Shown here: in pieces, positions 48,674 through 58,439 of the stretch
Numbering within the stretch: the first letter of the stretch is position 1
Layout of the letters: every line of letters starts with the position of its first letter
Assembly: GCA_965262725.1 (NCBI GenBank)
Contig: OZ253555.1
Coordinates: forward strand, 192,001 to 256,000
Direction: 5' to 3'
Source of the DNA: Dehalococcoidia bacterium
GTDB lineage: Bacteria; Chloroflexota; Dehalococcoidia; UBA2979
Length of the DNA: 64,000 bases
Program-made: the position numbers and the translations under genes
Notes under the pieces: generated by a model
What the model was told of the DNA's origin: nothing
The model's input: the letters and a program-made list of their open reading frames with translations, nothing else
Database searches by the model: none

Positions 48674-49477
48674 GTGAGCGTCGTGATCGCGTTCGCCAAC
48701 CAGAAGGGCGGCGTCGGTAAGACGACGACCGCGGTGTCGGTCGCGGCGGGCGCGGCAGGGCGTGGCGTGCGCGTGCTCCTGGTCGACGCGGATCCGCAGG
48801 CGAACTCGACCTCGGCTCTGGGCGCGCGGGCGGGCGAGGGCGGTCTCTACGAGGTGCTCGTCGGCGGCCTTGCGCCGGCGGACGCTGTCCTCGAGACGGG
48901 GACGCCCGGTCTCTCGCTCCTCCCGGCGAGCGGCGATCTCGCCGGCGCCGCGGTGGAGCTCGTCTCGGCGGCGGCGCGCGAGCATCGACTTCGCCTCGCC
49001 CTCGAGGGCGTGCGCAACGACCACGACCTGCTGGTGATCGACTGCCCGCCGTCGCTCGGGCTGCTGACCGTGAATGCGCTGGTGGCCGCCGATCAGGTCA
49101 TCGTGCCGGTGCAGTGCGAGTACTTCGCGCTCGAAGGGCTCGGGCAGCTGGCGCGGACGATCGATCTCGTGCGGGCGAACCTGAACCCGGGACTGCGGCT
49201 CGGCGGCGTGATTCTCACGATGTTCGATGCGAGGACGAAGCTCGGTCGGCAGGTTGAGGAGGAGGTGCGCCGGCACTTCGATGCCACCTTCGAGACGGTG
49301 ATCCCGCGCTCGGTGCGGCTGGCGGAGGCGCCGAGCCATGGGCAGCCGATCCAGATGTACGATCGCCGCTCGCCGGGCGCGCTGGCGTACGAGAGTCTCG
49401 TCAGCGAGATCCTCGCTCGATTGCGCCTGCCGGCGGCGAGGGAACGATGCGCGGAAGGGGCGGATAGTGGCGCGTAG
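48674..49477 (+). CDS. parA: Chromosome partitioning ATPase ParA/Soj
   Basis: NQKGGVGKTT, DCPPSLG, QCEYFALEG, LAEAPSHG. Confidence 0.97.
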   Translation: MSVVIAFANQKGGVGKTTTAVSVAAGAAGRGVRVLLVDADPQANSTSALGARAGEGGLYEVLVGGLAPADAVLETGTPGLSLLPASGDLAGAAVELVSAAAREHRLRLALEGVRNDHDLLVIDCPPSLGLLTVNALVAADQVIVPVQCEYFALEGLGQLARTIDLVRANLNPGLRLGGVILTMFDARTKLGRQVEEEVRRHFDATFETVIPRSVRLAEAPSHGQPIQMYDRRSPGALAYESLVSEILARLRLPAARERCAEGADSGA

Positions 49478-50381
49478 GAGCGGGCTCGGACGGGGGCTCG
49501 AGGCGCTGATCCCGGTGACCCCGGGAGAGACGGATCCCAGGTTGCCCGTGCGCGAGGTCGCGGTCGATCGCATCGCGCCGAATCCGCAGCAGCCCCGCAC
49601 GGCGATGGATCCGGAGGCGCTTTCGGAGCTCACCCGCTCGGTGCGCGAGCACGGCGTGATCCAGCCGCTGCTGGTGTCCGAGCTCGGCCGCTCTGAATTC
49701 GACGACGAGGACCTCGTCGAGGAGCCGCGCTACCAGCTGATCGCGGGCGAGCGCCGGCTGCGGGCGGCGGAGGCGGCCGGCATGGAGCGTGTGCCGGTCG
49801 TCGTGCGTCAGAGCACCCCCCAGCAGCTGCTCGAGCTCGCCATCGTCGAGAACGTGCAGCGCGCGGATCTCAGCCCGCTCGAGGAGGCCGTCGCCTACCA
49901 ACGCCTGGTGGAGGACTTCGGCCTGACGCAGCAGGAGGTCGCGGCCCGGGTCGGCCGCTCGCGCACGGCGGTGGCCAACACGATCCGGCTGATCGAGCTC
50001 CCGGACGCCGTGAGGCGCTCGCTCGCGCTCGGCGAGATCACGGCCGGCCACGCACGCGCCATCCTCGGACTCGCGAGCGGGGAGGCGCGTGTCGCGGCGT
50101 GGCGGCGCGTCGTCGCCGAGGGGATGAACGTACGTCAGGTGGAGAGCATGGTGCGGGCGGCGGTGGCTCCGCCGCCGCCGGAGATCCGTCGCGATCGCCC
50201 CCGCGGGGCCGCCGACGACCAGTCGCGGGCCGTGGTGGAGGCCCTGGAGAGGGCGCTCGGCACGCGCGTGCGCCTGAGGCGCGGCCGGCTGGGGCGGGGC
50301 TCGCTGACGATCCACTTCTACAGCGACGAGGAGCTGGACGGCGTGCTGGAGCGGTTGCTGGAGGGGGAGGAGATCCGATGA
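49467..50381 (+). CDS. parB: Chromosome partitioning protein ParB/Spo0J
   Basis: GLGRGL, NPQQPR, IAGERRLRA, ENVQRADL, HTH. Confidence 0.97.
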   Translation: MARRSGLGRGLEALIPVTPGETDPRLPVREVAVDRIAPNPQQPRTAMDPEALSELTRSVREHGVIQPLLVSELGRSEFDDEDLVEEPRYQLIAGERRLRAAEAAGMERVPVVVRQSTPQQLLELAIVENVQRADLSPLEEAVAYQRLVEDFGLTQQEVAARVGRSRTAVANTIRLIELPDAVRRSLALGEITAGHARAILGLASGEARVAAWRRVVAEGMNVRQVESMVRAAVAPPPPEIRRDRPRGAADDQSRAVVEALERALGTRVRLRRGRLGRGSLTIHFYSDEELDGVLERLLEGEEIR

Positions 50382-50851
50382 GCGTGGCGGAACGCTTCCG
50401 CGAGCTCGGCGTGCCCCTCGGCTCGCCGGCTCGCCCGCTCGCCCTGTACCGTCCCGCGCTGATGTGGGGTGAGTGGCTGCTGGTATCCGGTCAGCTCCCG
50501 ATGCGCGACGGTGTGCTCCTCCATGCCGGCCGCGTGGGGGACGGGGTGGGTCTCGAGGAGGCGCGCGAGGCGGCGAGGCAGTGCGCGCTGAACGGCCTCG
50601 CGGCGGCGGCCGCGGCGCTCGACTCGGAGGCGGCGCTGGAGGGGCTCAGGGTGCTGCGCACCGCGGGCTACGTGGCCGCCGCGCCGGGCTTCGAGCAGCA
50701 GCCCGAGGTGATAGACGGGGCGAGCGAGCTGCTCCGGGAGGCGCTCGGCGAGGAGAACGGCGTGGGTGCTCGCGCCGCCATCGGGGTCGCATCCCTGCCG
50801 CGCGGCGCCTGCGTGGAGATCGAGTTTCTCTTCGCGACCGGGGCGCGGTAG
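50378..50851 (+). CDS. RidA/YjgF family protein
   Basis: VSGQLP, DGASELL, RAAIGVASLP...VEIE. Confidence 0.92.
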   Translation: MSVAERFRELGVPLGSPARPLALYRPALMWGEWLLVSGQLPMRDGVLLHAGRVGDGVGLEEAREAARQCALNGLAAAAAALDSEAALEGLRVLRTAGYVAAAPGFEQQPEVIDGASELLREALGEENGVGARAAIGVASLPRGACVEIEFLFATGAR

Positions 50852-50916
50852 GCTCGCCGGGCACAGATCGGCCGGGCGGCTGGCCGCTCCGGGAGCGGCG
50901 AGCCGGAGGGAGTGGC

Positions 50917-51441
50917 ATGTCGCGCATCGACTTCGTCACGGGCGCGCCGGAGCGCTACATCGGCGAGGTGCGCGCGCTGGCCGCCGTCCCCGATCGCCTG
51001 CGCGAGGTGCTCTCGGGCCAGGCAGTCGAGGATCTGCGTCGTGTTCCGTCGGAGACGGAGTGGCCGCCCGTTCGCGTGCTGGCGCACCTCTTGAGCTACG
51101 CGCGCCACACCGGCGAGTTCATCTACCGCATCGCGTGGATGGAGGAGCCGCTCCTGGTGACCTGGGACGAGGCGGAAGAGGTCGAGCGGGAGGGCTGGGA
51201 GCGCCTGGAGGGTGCGGAGCTGCTCGCGCGGATCCGGGCGGAGATCGAGAACACAGTCGCCCTGCTCTCGGGGACGCCGGACGCATCGTGGGGGCGCCCG
51301 GGGCTTCACCCGGTGTGGGGCCGCCGCTCGCTGCGCCAGCAGGTGCGGACACACGTCCACCACTTCGAGGAGCACATCGCGCAGATCGAGCGAGTGCTCG
51401 CGGCTCGACCAGTGCCCGAGGACGTCGCCGCCCGCCCGTAG
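50917..51441 (+). CDS. DinB/YfiT-family metalloprotein
   Basis: EW...LAHL and HHFEEHIAQI His ligands. Confidence 0.85.
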   Translation: MSRIDFVTGAPERYIGEVRALAAVPDRLREVLSGQAVEDLRRVPSETEWPPVRVLAHLLSYARHTGEFIYRIAWMEEPLLVTWDEAEEVEREGWERLEGAELLARIRAEIENTVALLSGTPDASWGRPGLHPVWGRRSLRQQVRTHVHHFEEHIAQIERVLAARPVPEDVAARP

Positions 51442-51593
51442 CCGGCGGGATCCGGGTCGACGCTTGGCTGCTGCGGGTGGAGGCGAGTGCTCTCGCAACA
51501 CCCATTGTGGCACGACCGCAGCTTCATACCTGCGCTCGTGCAGGGGTGAGAAGGCCACCCTGGTGGGCGGAGTTCGTGACGAGGGGATGCCCG

Positions 51594-53000
51594 TCACTTC
51601 TTCAGGGGAAGACTCACGGTCACGGTTACGCCCTGCCCAAGGCCGCCACTTGTTGCCGTGGTTGTCCCCCCGTGCGCTTCCACTATTGCTCGCGTGATGG
51701 CCAGGCCCAGGCCCGTGCCGCCCCTCCTGCGACTGCGGGACTCGTCAGTACGGTAGAAGCGGTCGAAGACGTGGGGGAGGTCGGCGGCATGGATGCCGAT
51801 CCCGTCATCGACGATCGCGATGGCCAGCGCCTCGTCGCCCTCCAACCCCGCCCTCAGCACGACATTGCCGCCCGCCTCGGTGTAGTGAATCGCGTTGCTC
51901 AGGACGTTTCCCAACGCGCGGCTCATGTGCGCCCGGTCGAGGTCCATGTCCGGGAGGTCAGCGGCTACCTGCAGCGACAATTCAACCTGTCGATTCCGAG
52001 CCTGTGGCTGCCAGCGATCCACCTCCGCGGCGAGGAACTCGTGCATCGAACTTGCCTCAAGCGTGAGACTCAACTCGCCATAGTCGGTCTCCGCCAGGGA
52101 ATTCAGATCAATAGCGAGACCGCGTAGCCTGTCGACCTCCTGGATGATCTGGTCGGACGCGCGGTCAGGCGTCTGAAGTCCGTCGCGCAGCCCTGTGGCC
52201 TCCAGCTGTATGACGCTCAGCGGCGTGTTCAGCTCATGGGAGACATCGTTTATCAGCCGTCGACGCAGGTCGCGCTGAGTCGTCAGCGTGGCCGCCATCC
52301 GGTTGAAGGCCGCACTCATCCGTCCCAACTCATCGGCGGATGTGACCGGGAGCGGGGTAAGGTCCCCCTCCGCAATTGCCTGGGTGGCCTCCGTCAACGC
52401 CGTGACGGGTGCAGTAATACGCCTGGATAGCCAGGCGGCCAGCAGCACGGCGACGCCGATGGTCAGGACTCCGCCAATCAGGGTGATATACAGGAGCGCG
52501 CTGAGGAATCCATGCGACTCGGTCGACAGGAACTCATGGTTTGCATCCACGTAGACGTGACCCACGGGCTGATTCGTGGTCAGGTCGAACACCGTCTCGC
52601 GATACCCGTCCAGGTCTCGTACGGTAGTTCCGGGTACCAGCTCGGATAAGTTGTCCGTCACCACCCGTCCATCGACGCCGGTGATGACGACCCGTACCGG
52701 ATCTTCGTGGAAGAGCTCGAGGGATTCCCCCTCACTCTCGTGAGATTGCTCGCCCTGCGGAACTCCGCCGTAGATGTATCCGCCCTCAGACAGCGGTCTC
52801 TCCACCGTCTGCCAGCCTCCGGCAGTCGTGTACTCCCGACTCAGCCTCTTGGCCAAGTGGCTCGCCTCGTCACCCCCTATCTCGCTCACGAACACGCCCA
52901 GGCGGGACTGCGTGGTCCAGTAGCCGACGGCAACGCTAACCGAGACGGTCAGGGCGATGGCGAGGACGATCGAACCCATGATCCGCCAGCGCAGCGACAT
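51594..53000 (-). CDS. HAMP sensor histidine kinase (BaeS-like)
   Basis: Two TM helices, HAMP, DVSHELNTPL, NAIHY, DDGIGI, GTGLGL. Confidence 0.93.
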   Translation of the reverse strand: MSLRWRIMGSIVLAIALTVSVSVAVGYWTTQSRLGVFVSEIGGDEASHLAKRLSREYTTAGGWQTVERPLSEGGYIYGGVPQGEQSHESEGESLELFHEDPVRVVITGVDGRVVTDNLSELVPGTTVRDLDGYRETVFDLTTNQPVGHVYVDANHEFLSTESHGFLSALLYITLIGGVLTIGVAVLLAAWLSRRITAPVTALTEATQAIAEGDLTPLPVTSADELGRMSAAFNRMAATLTTQRDLRRRLINDVSHELNTPLSVIQLEATGLRDGLQTPDRASDQIIQEVDRLRGLAIDLNSLAETDYGELSLTLEASSMHEFLAAEVDRWQPQARNRQVELSLQVAADLPDMDLDRAHMSRALGNVLSNAIHYTEAGGNVVLRAGLEGDEALAIAIVDDGIGIHAADLPHVFDRFYRTDESRSRRRGGTGLGLAITRAIVEAHGGTTTATSGGLGQGVTVTVSLPLKK

Positions 53001-53324
53001 CACTCGTCCTCGACCACGAACTTGTAGCCCGCACCGTAGACGGTCTGAATGGGCTGGCTGCCATGGCGGCCGATCTGCTTGCGCAGGCGAGCGATCTGGC
53101 TGTCGATGGCGCGGTCGAACCCGGGGAATTGGCGGTCGGAGGTCAGGGAGGTGAGCTGATCGCGGCTGAGCACCTGGTTGGGGTGACGCATGAACGTCGA
53201 GAGCAGAGCGATCTGCGCCTGGCTCAACGTCACGGGTTCGCCATTGACCGTCACGCTCCGCGTGGTCTCGTTGAGGGTGATGTTGTCGCGCGTGAGGACC
53301 TGCTGCACTCTGCCCGTGACGCGG
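53000..53324 (-). pseudogene. OmpR-family response regulator, DNA-binding domain only (receiver lost at the IS21 junction)
   Basis: PNQVLSRDQL...DRAIDSQIARLRKQI...IQTVYGAGYKF; abuts the IS left end. Confidence 0.88.
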
Positions 53325-53450
53325 TGGGAATGATGCTCTGAATTGGCCCCACCTGGAGCCGTTTTGATCCTTTGAATTGGCCCCACCCCCGACCCATCCA
53401 GGACCTACGCTCGGGTGACTGCATGACTCCCGGAGCGAGGGAAGAGGAGT

Positions 53451-55085
53451 GTGTCGAGAGTGGAGCTGTTCGAGTCTATCCGACGGATGGCGAGGGAGGA
53501 GGAGCTGTCGATCCATGAGCTGGGACGCCGGCATGGCGTGCACCGGCGCACGGTGCGGCAGGCTCTTGGGTCGGCGATACCCCCGGAACGCAAGCAGGCG
53601 ACCCGCGTGGCCCCGAAGCTCGGGCCGTACGTCTCGGTCATCCGGGGCTGGCTCGTGGACGACCTCAGCGCGCCGCGCAAGCAGCGGCACACGGCCCGGC
53701 GCATCTGGGAGCGCCTCGTCGACGAACACGGGGCGACGGTGGCCGAGCCCACGGTCCGCGCCTGCGTCGCGCGCCTGCGTCGCGAGATCCAGGGCGGGCG
53801 CGCGGTTGTGACGATCCCGCAGGTCCATCCTCCCGGCGAGGAGGCGGAGGTCGACTTCGGCACGGTGACGGTGTGGCTGGAGGGCGTCGAGACCCGGCTG
53901 GCGATGTTCGTGATGCGGCTCTCGCATTCGGGGCGGGCGGCGCACGTCTGCTTCGTCGGCGAGGGCCAGGAGTCTCTGCTCGAGGGGCACGTGGTCGCCT
54001 TCGAGCGGCTCGGCGGAGTGCCGCGGCGCATCCGCTACGACAATCTGACGGCGGCCGTCACCACCGTGCTGCAGGGACGCGAGCGCCTGCAGACCGAGCG
54101 CTTCATCGCGCTCCGCTCGCATTACGGCTTCGACAGCTTCTTCTGTGAGCCCGGCATCGAGGGCGCGCACGAGAAGGGCGGTGTGGAGGGCGAGGTCGGC
54201 CGCTTCCGCCGGCGGCACTTCGTGCCGGTCCCGAAGGTGGCGACCCTCGGCGAGCTGAACGAACGAGTGCGGGAGGCGGACCGCACCGACGACGCCCGGC
54301 ACATCGAGAGCCGCCTCGCCACCGTCGGCGAGATGGGAGAGAACGAGAAGGCCTCGCTGCGTCCGCTTCCGGCGGAGCGCTTCGACCCGTCAATCCCGCT
54401 GCGCGCGAAGGTCGACCGCAAGGCGCGCATCGCCGTGCGTAGCTCCCGCTACTCGGTCCCGGCGGCCTATGCAGGCCGGAAGCTGGACGTGCGGCTGTCC
54501 GGGAACAGCCTGACCGTGTGGGCCGAGGGGCGTGAAGTCGCCCACCACGAGCGCAGCGCCCGCACCGGAGCAGAGGTCCTGCTGCTCGACCACTATCTGG
54601 AGGTGCTCGCGCGCAAGCCCGGGGCGGTCCCGGGCTCGGTGGCGCTCCAGCAGGCGCGTGCGAAGGGACACGTCACAGCCGAGCATCAGCGCTTCTGGGA
54701 CCGCGCCCGCCGCAAGCTCGGCGACCGCGCGGGCACGCAGGCGTACATCGAGGTCCTGCTCCTGCATCGCCATCTTCCCTTCACGGCGGTGCACGCCGCG
54801 CTCGGGACGGTCAACAGGATCCAGTCGGTGAACCCCGAACTGGTCGCCATCGAGGCGCGCCGTCTCGCCGACCGCAGGCCACCAGACGCCGCCGTCGAGA
54901 GACCGCACCTGGAGCGCTACGACCGACCTGCCCCGCTCCTCGATGGCTACGATGCGCTGCTCTCGGGTGATTCCCGATGGCCCGGCACGTCGCCGGGCGG
55001 GCGCTCCCGCGCTCCGCGGTCTGCCGAGAACGCGTCGCACACCACCACAACCGCCGTCACCGCTGCGGTGTCGACGGCACGCTGA
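53451..55085 (+). CDS. istA: IS21 transposase IstA
   Basis: HTH, KQRHTARRI, EVDFG, YDN, EKGGVE DDE residues. Confidence 0.96.
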   Translation: MSRVELFESIRRMAREEELSIHELGRRHGVHRRTVRQALGSAIPPERKQATRVAPKLGPYVSVIRGWLVDDLSAPRKQRHTARRIWERLVDEHGATVAEPTVRACVARLRREIQGGRAVVTIPQVHPPGEEAEVDFGTVTVWLEGVETRLAMFVMRLSHSGRAAHVCFVGEGQESLLEGHVVAFERLGGVPRRIRYDNLTAAVTTVLQGRERLQTERFIALRSHYGFDSFFCEPGIEGAHEKGGVEGEVGRFRRRHFVPVPKVATLGELNERVREADRTDDARHIESRLATVGEMGENEKASLRPLPAERFDPSIPLRAKVDRKARIAVRSSRYSVPAAYAGRKLDVRLSGNSLTVWAEGREVAHHERSARTGAEVLLLDHYLEVLARKPGAVPGSVALQQARAKGHVTAEHQRFWDRARRKLGDRAGTQAYIEVLLLHRHLPFTAVHAALGTVNRIQSVNPELVAIEARRLADRRPPDAAVERPHLERYDRPAPLLDGYDALLSGDSRWPGTSPGGRSRAPRSAENASHTTTTAVTAAVSTAR

Positions 55086-55101
55086 CCACAGGAGGCACCC
55101 G

Positions 55102-55884
55102 ATGACAGCACCCCTCACCGACCAGGCCGCGGAGCTGACAATCGAGGCGATCTGCCGCGAGCTCCGTCTCCCCACCGTCAGGAAGCAGGCGCTCCCGCTC
55201 GCCGAAGCCGCGGTCCGAGACCGGATCACCCATCTGGGCTATCTCGCCGAAGTGCTGGGAGCCGAACGCGATGACCGTGAGGAGCGGCGCCGTCAGCGCC
55301 GTATCGTCGAGGCGCGGTTCCCGCGTTTCAAGTACCTCGCCGACTTCGACCTCGAGGCGGCGCCGACAGTCGACGCGCCGGCGCTCGCCACGCTGGAGCG
55401 CTGCGACTGGGTCGAAAGGGGCGAGCCCGTCGTCCTGCTCGGTGACAGCGGCACCGGGAAGTCACACCTGCTCATCGGCCTCGGCATGGCCGCCTGCCAC
55501 CTGGGGCTGCGCGTGCGGTACATGACCACGGCCGCCCTGGTGAATGAACTGGCCGAAGCGTCGGATGATCGCGCGCTCTCACGCCTCGTCGCCCGCTACG
55601 GCCGCCTCGACCTGCTCTGCCTGGATGAGTTCGGGTACGTCCACCTCGACCCGCGCGGTGCCGAAATGCTGTTCCAGATCCTGACCGAGCGCGAGGAACG
55701 GGCATCGGTCGCCGTCGCCTCCAACTCCCCGTTCTCCGAGTGGGGCCGCATCTTCACCGACCCTCGTCTCGCCGCGGCCGTCGTTGACCGCCTCACCTAC
55801 CGTGCCCATATCATCGAGACCGGCACCGAGTCCTACCGGCTCCGGGCCTCGACCTCCCCGAGAGGAGGTGCCCCAACGACCTGA
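55102..55884 (+). CDS. istB: IS21 helper ATPase IstB
   Basis: GDSGTGKSH, LDEFGY, AVVDRL, GTESYR; RBS AGGAGG. Confidence 0.96.
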   Translation: MTAPLTDQAAELTIEAICRELRLPTVRKQALPLAEAAVRDRITHLGYLAEVLGAERDDREERRRQRRIVEARFPRFKYLADFDLEAAPTVDAPALATLERCDWVERGEPVVLLGDSGTGKSHLLIGLGMAACHLGLRVRYMTTAALVNELAEASDDRALSRLVARYGRLDLLCLDEFGYVHLDPRGAEMLFQILTEREERASVAVASNSPFSEWGRIFTDPRLAAAVVDRLTYRAHIIETGTESYRLRASTSPRGGAPTT

Positions 55885-55951
55885 TCCCGGTCCCCGGGGG
55901 TGGGGCCAGATCAGAGGATCAAAGTGGGGCCAGATGTAAGCATCATTCCCA

Positions 55952-55975
55952 TACATTGGTGTCGAGGACAAGCAT
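55952..55975 (-). pseudogene. 8-codon stump of a VapC/FitB PIN toxin cut by IS21
   Basis: ATG CTT GTC CTC GAC ACC AAT GTA = MLVLDTNV, 11 nt after the antitoxin stop, ending exactly at the IS right end. Confidence 0.8.
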
Positions 55976-55986
55976 GGATTCAGGCC

Positions 55987-56232
55987 TCAATTGAACCGCG
56001 GGGGCTCGCGCATGGGTTCCCTGGGAGGAATCTCCAATTCCACTCCGCCGAAAGGTCTGAACAGTTCATGTATCGCAGTGCCAAGATTCGTGTTCGGTGC
56101 AGCATCTTCGTCAAGGGCCGCCCGCAGGATGTCCCGGGCCTCCTGTTCCATGGAGCGCCCGTTCTCGGCTGCCCGGATGCGTAGCCGACGCTTGAGCCCG
56201 TCGTCCAGATTGCGCACGGTGATGCTGGCCAC
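55987..56232 (-). CDS. FitA-like ribbon-helix-helix antitoxin
   Basis: MASITVRNLDDGLKRRLRIRAAENGRSMEQEAR...GGVELEIPPR. Confidence 0.92.
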   Translation of the reverse strand: MASITVRNLDDGLKRRLRIRAAENGRSMEQEARDILRAALDEDAAPNTNLGTAIHELFRPFGGVELEIPPREPMREPPRFN

Positions 56233-56261
56233 GGCCGCGCCTCCTTGCTCTAGTGTGCAGG

Positions 56262-56286
56262 ATTATACCGCGATTGCGATGCAATC
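56262..56286 (-). promoter_or_regulatory. TA operon promoter and operator
   Basis: Minus-strand TATAAT (56262-56267) with palindrome GATTGC-N3-GCAATC (56272-56286). Confidence 0.7.
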
Positions 56287-56299
56287 ATCATCAGGGACC

Positions 56300-56670
56300 G
56301 TGAGACCACCGGCAGGACGGCCGAGGTTGTCGACGCACAGCAGCAGCGGATAGTGCCCGAAGGGCTCCTGCAGCCGGAGCCACCTCGCAAGGGTCGGGAC
56401 GTCTTCGGGCAGGAGGCGCCGCAGTCGCTACGATCGCGTCCCCTCCGAGAGTTCTCGAGCGGTCCGCCACATCAGCGCCGACTTGCCGGCTCCCGAGGGT
56501 CCCGCGAGCAGCGCCGAATGCTGTTCGCTCAAAGCGTGCGTGAGCGCTTGAACCTCGGCGTCGCGGGGCAGATCGAGGTCGGCCGCAATGTGGGCGGGCA
56601 GAACGTCGACGCCGGCCAGGAATTCTTCGATGGACAGATCGGCCCGCACGGTCGGCCACACGGCGCTGAG
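56300..56670 (-). pseudogene. Fragment of a P-loop (STAND/NACHT-like) NTPase
   Basis: Walker A LLAGPSGAGKS, in-frame TAG at 56428-56430, same frame continues to Walker B LLLCVDN; boundaries approximate. Confidence 0.65.
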
Positions 56671-57197
56671 TGGCTCACCCCAGGGCAGGGCTTGCACCGG
56701 ATGCGGACAGGCCACCCTACCGCCCTGCTCGCCACGTCAGGACTCCCACCATCGCACTCATGCTGACATCAGAGTGTTCATGAGCGATTACACAATTGAC
56801 AATGCCAGCCTGGAGGCGTACGGTCGTCGTGCCCAGAGTTGCAGGAGAGCGAACGTGGCGGAACTGGACCGTTTCGAAGAGACTTTCGCCGTCGGCGGCT
56901 GGAGCCGCCTACAACTACGCCCGCGGTGGCGCTGCCTCAGACAGCGAAGTCATCGACAAGCTGATGAAGTCCCTAGCGAAGACTCTGCGAGACCAGAGCG
57001 GCGTCCCTGGCCTGCACGAGATGGGTGTCGTGGTTGCGGGTGGGCTCGGCCTTGCACCCGACGAGCCCTTCGCAGCGTTGGACCGCATCGTCCGCGATCA
57101 CCACGGTCACCGCCACACGAAGGTCGCAGCACAGGCCGCAGGTCGGTGCCGGCGGCGGTTCGTGCCACAGTCCGACTCACAAACTCCGGAGGTTTCC

Positions 57198-58427
57198 ATG
57201 CCACAGCACGAGACGCTGGCTATCGACCCTCGCGTACTGGGCCGACGCCTCCAGGAGGCGAGAAAGGCTCGCGGGTTCACGCAGCAAGACGCCGCTGAAT
57301 CGCTCGCGGTAGCTCGCACGACGATCACCGCGCTGGAGAAGGGCGACCGGCAGACCCGTCCGGACGAGCTCATCCGGCTAGCGAGTCTCTACGGCAGGCG
57401 GGTCAGCGATCTCGTCGGCCCGAAAGAGCCCATCGCGGACTTCGCCGCCCAGTTCCGCACGGCTGCCGTTCGCGGCGCCCCCGACGACCTCCAGGAAGAA
57501 ATGAGGCAGGCGCTCCGGGACTTTCAGGATCTGTGCCAGGATTATCTGTACCTCGAACAGTTGAGTGGAGTGTCGCCCGGACCCACATACCCACCCCAGT
57601 ATCCGACGACGGGGACGGCTCCCGAGGAGGCCGCCCAGGATGTCGCCTCATTCGAACGCAACCGGCTCGGGCTCGGCGATGGGCCGATACTGTGTCTGAG
57701 GGAGACGCTTGAACAGGACGTGGGCGTCCGCGTGTTCTCCATGGGGATGCCCTCAAGAGTGGCGGGCATCTTCGCCTACACGGACGAGTTGGGCGGCTGC
57801 ATCGCCGTCAATGCTCGCCATCCGGGGGAACGCCGCCGGTGGTCGCTGGCTCATGAGTATGCCCATTTCCTGACGAGCCGCTACCGCTCGGAAGTCTTCC
57901 TGCTGGGCTCGCACCGCCGCGTCCCCGCCACCGAGCGGTTCGCTGACACCTTTGCCCGCTGTTTCCTCATGCCGGAGTCCGGGCTACGCCGCAGGTTCAA
58001 CGAACTGGTGAGAGCCAGTGGCGGTAACGTCACGGCTGCAGATGTTTGCCGGGTTGCGCACTACTACTTCGTCTCCGTCGAGGCAATGATGCTGCGCCTC
58101 GAGGAACTTGGCGTCCTCCCGGCGGGTACCTGGGAGCGCCTGCGTGACCGGGGGTTCAAGGCCAGGGAAGCTCAGGAGCACCTGGGCTTGCCACCGCATC
58201 CGAGCGATGATCGGCTGCTGCCGTCTCGCTACGAGTTCCTGGCCGCCCGGGCACATGAAGTCGAAAGTCTGACGGAAGGGGAGCTGGCACGGCTCCTGCG
58301 GACCGACCGTGTGTCGGCTAGGCGGACCCTCCAGAGGCTGGGCAGTGCGCTGCATGTGCTCGACGGAGGGGAAGTAGCGTCTCTCCCCATCGAGCTCGCT
58401 GGCAGCGTCACGAAGCCGGACTCCTAG
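57198..58427 (+). CDS. XRE-HTH plus ImmA/IrrE zinc metallopeptidase fusion
   Basis: LGRRLQEARKARGFTQ HTH; RRRWSLAHEYAH (HExxH), ERFADTFA; GGAGG RBS. Confidence 0.93.
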   Translation: MPQHETLAIDPRVLGRRLQEARKARGFTQQDAAESLAVARTTITALEKGDRQTRPDELIRLASLYGRRVSDLVGPKEPIADFAAQFRTAAVRGAPDDLQEEMRQALRDFQDLCQDYLYLEQLSGVSPGPTYPPQYPTTGTAPEEAAQDVASFERNRLGLGDGPILCLRETLEQDVGVRVFSMGMPSRVAGIFAYTDELGGCIAVNARHPGERRRWSLAHEYAHFLTSRYRSEVFLLGSHRRVPATERFADTFARCFLMPESGLRRRFNELVRASGGNVTAADVCRVAHYYFVSVEAMMLRLEELGVLPAGTWERLRDRGFKAREAQEHLGLPPHPSDDRLLPSRYEFLAARAHEVESLTEGELARLLRTDRVSARRTLQRLGSALHVLDGGEVASLPIELAGSVTKPDS

Positions 58428-58439
58428 GGTCGAGCCACT

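Larger units (their letters stand above)
53325..55951 (+). mobile_element. IS21-family insertion sequence (about 2.63 kb)
   Basis: 13-bp perfect terminal IR TGGGAATGATGCT (53325-53337 and 55939-55951), subterminal TGGCCCCAC repeats at both ends, istA and istB; no target duplication. Confidence 0.93.

Noticed and set aside
51594-54302. 902-aa minus-strand ORF as a giant kinase
   Set aside because: Only 51594-53000 is kinase; the rest is an open frame across the regulator remnant and antisense istA.
56428-56430. Pyrrolysine readthrough of the in-frame TAG
   Set aside because: The surrounding gene is a fragment without start or end, so a nonsense mutation is simpler.
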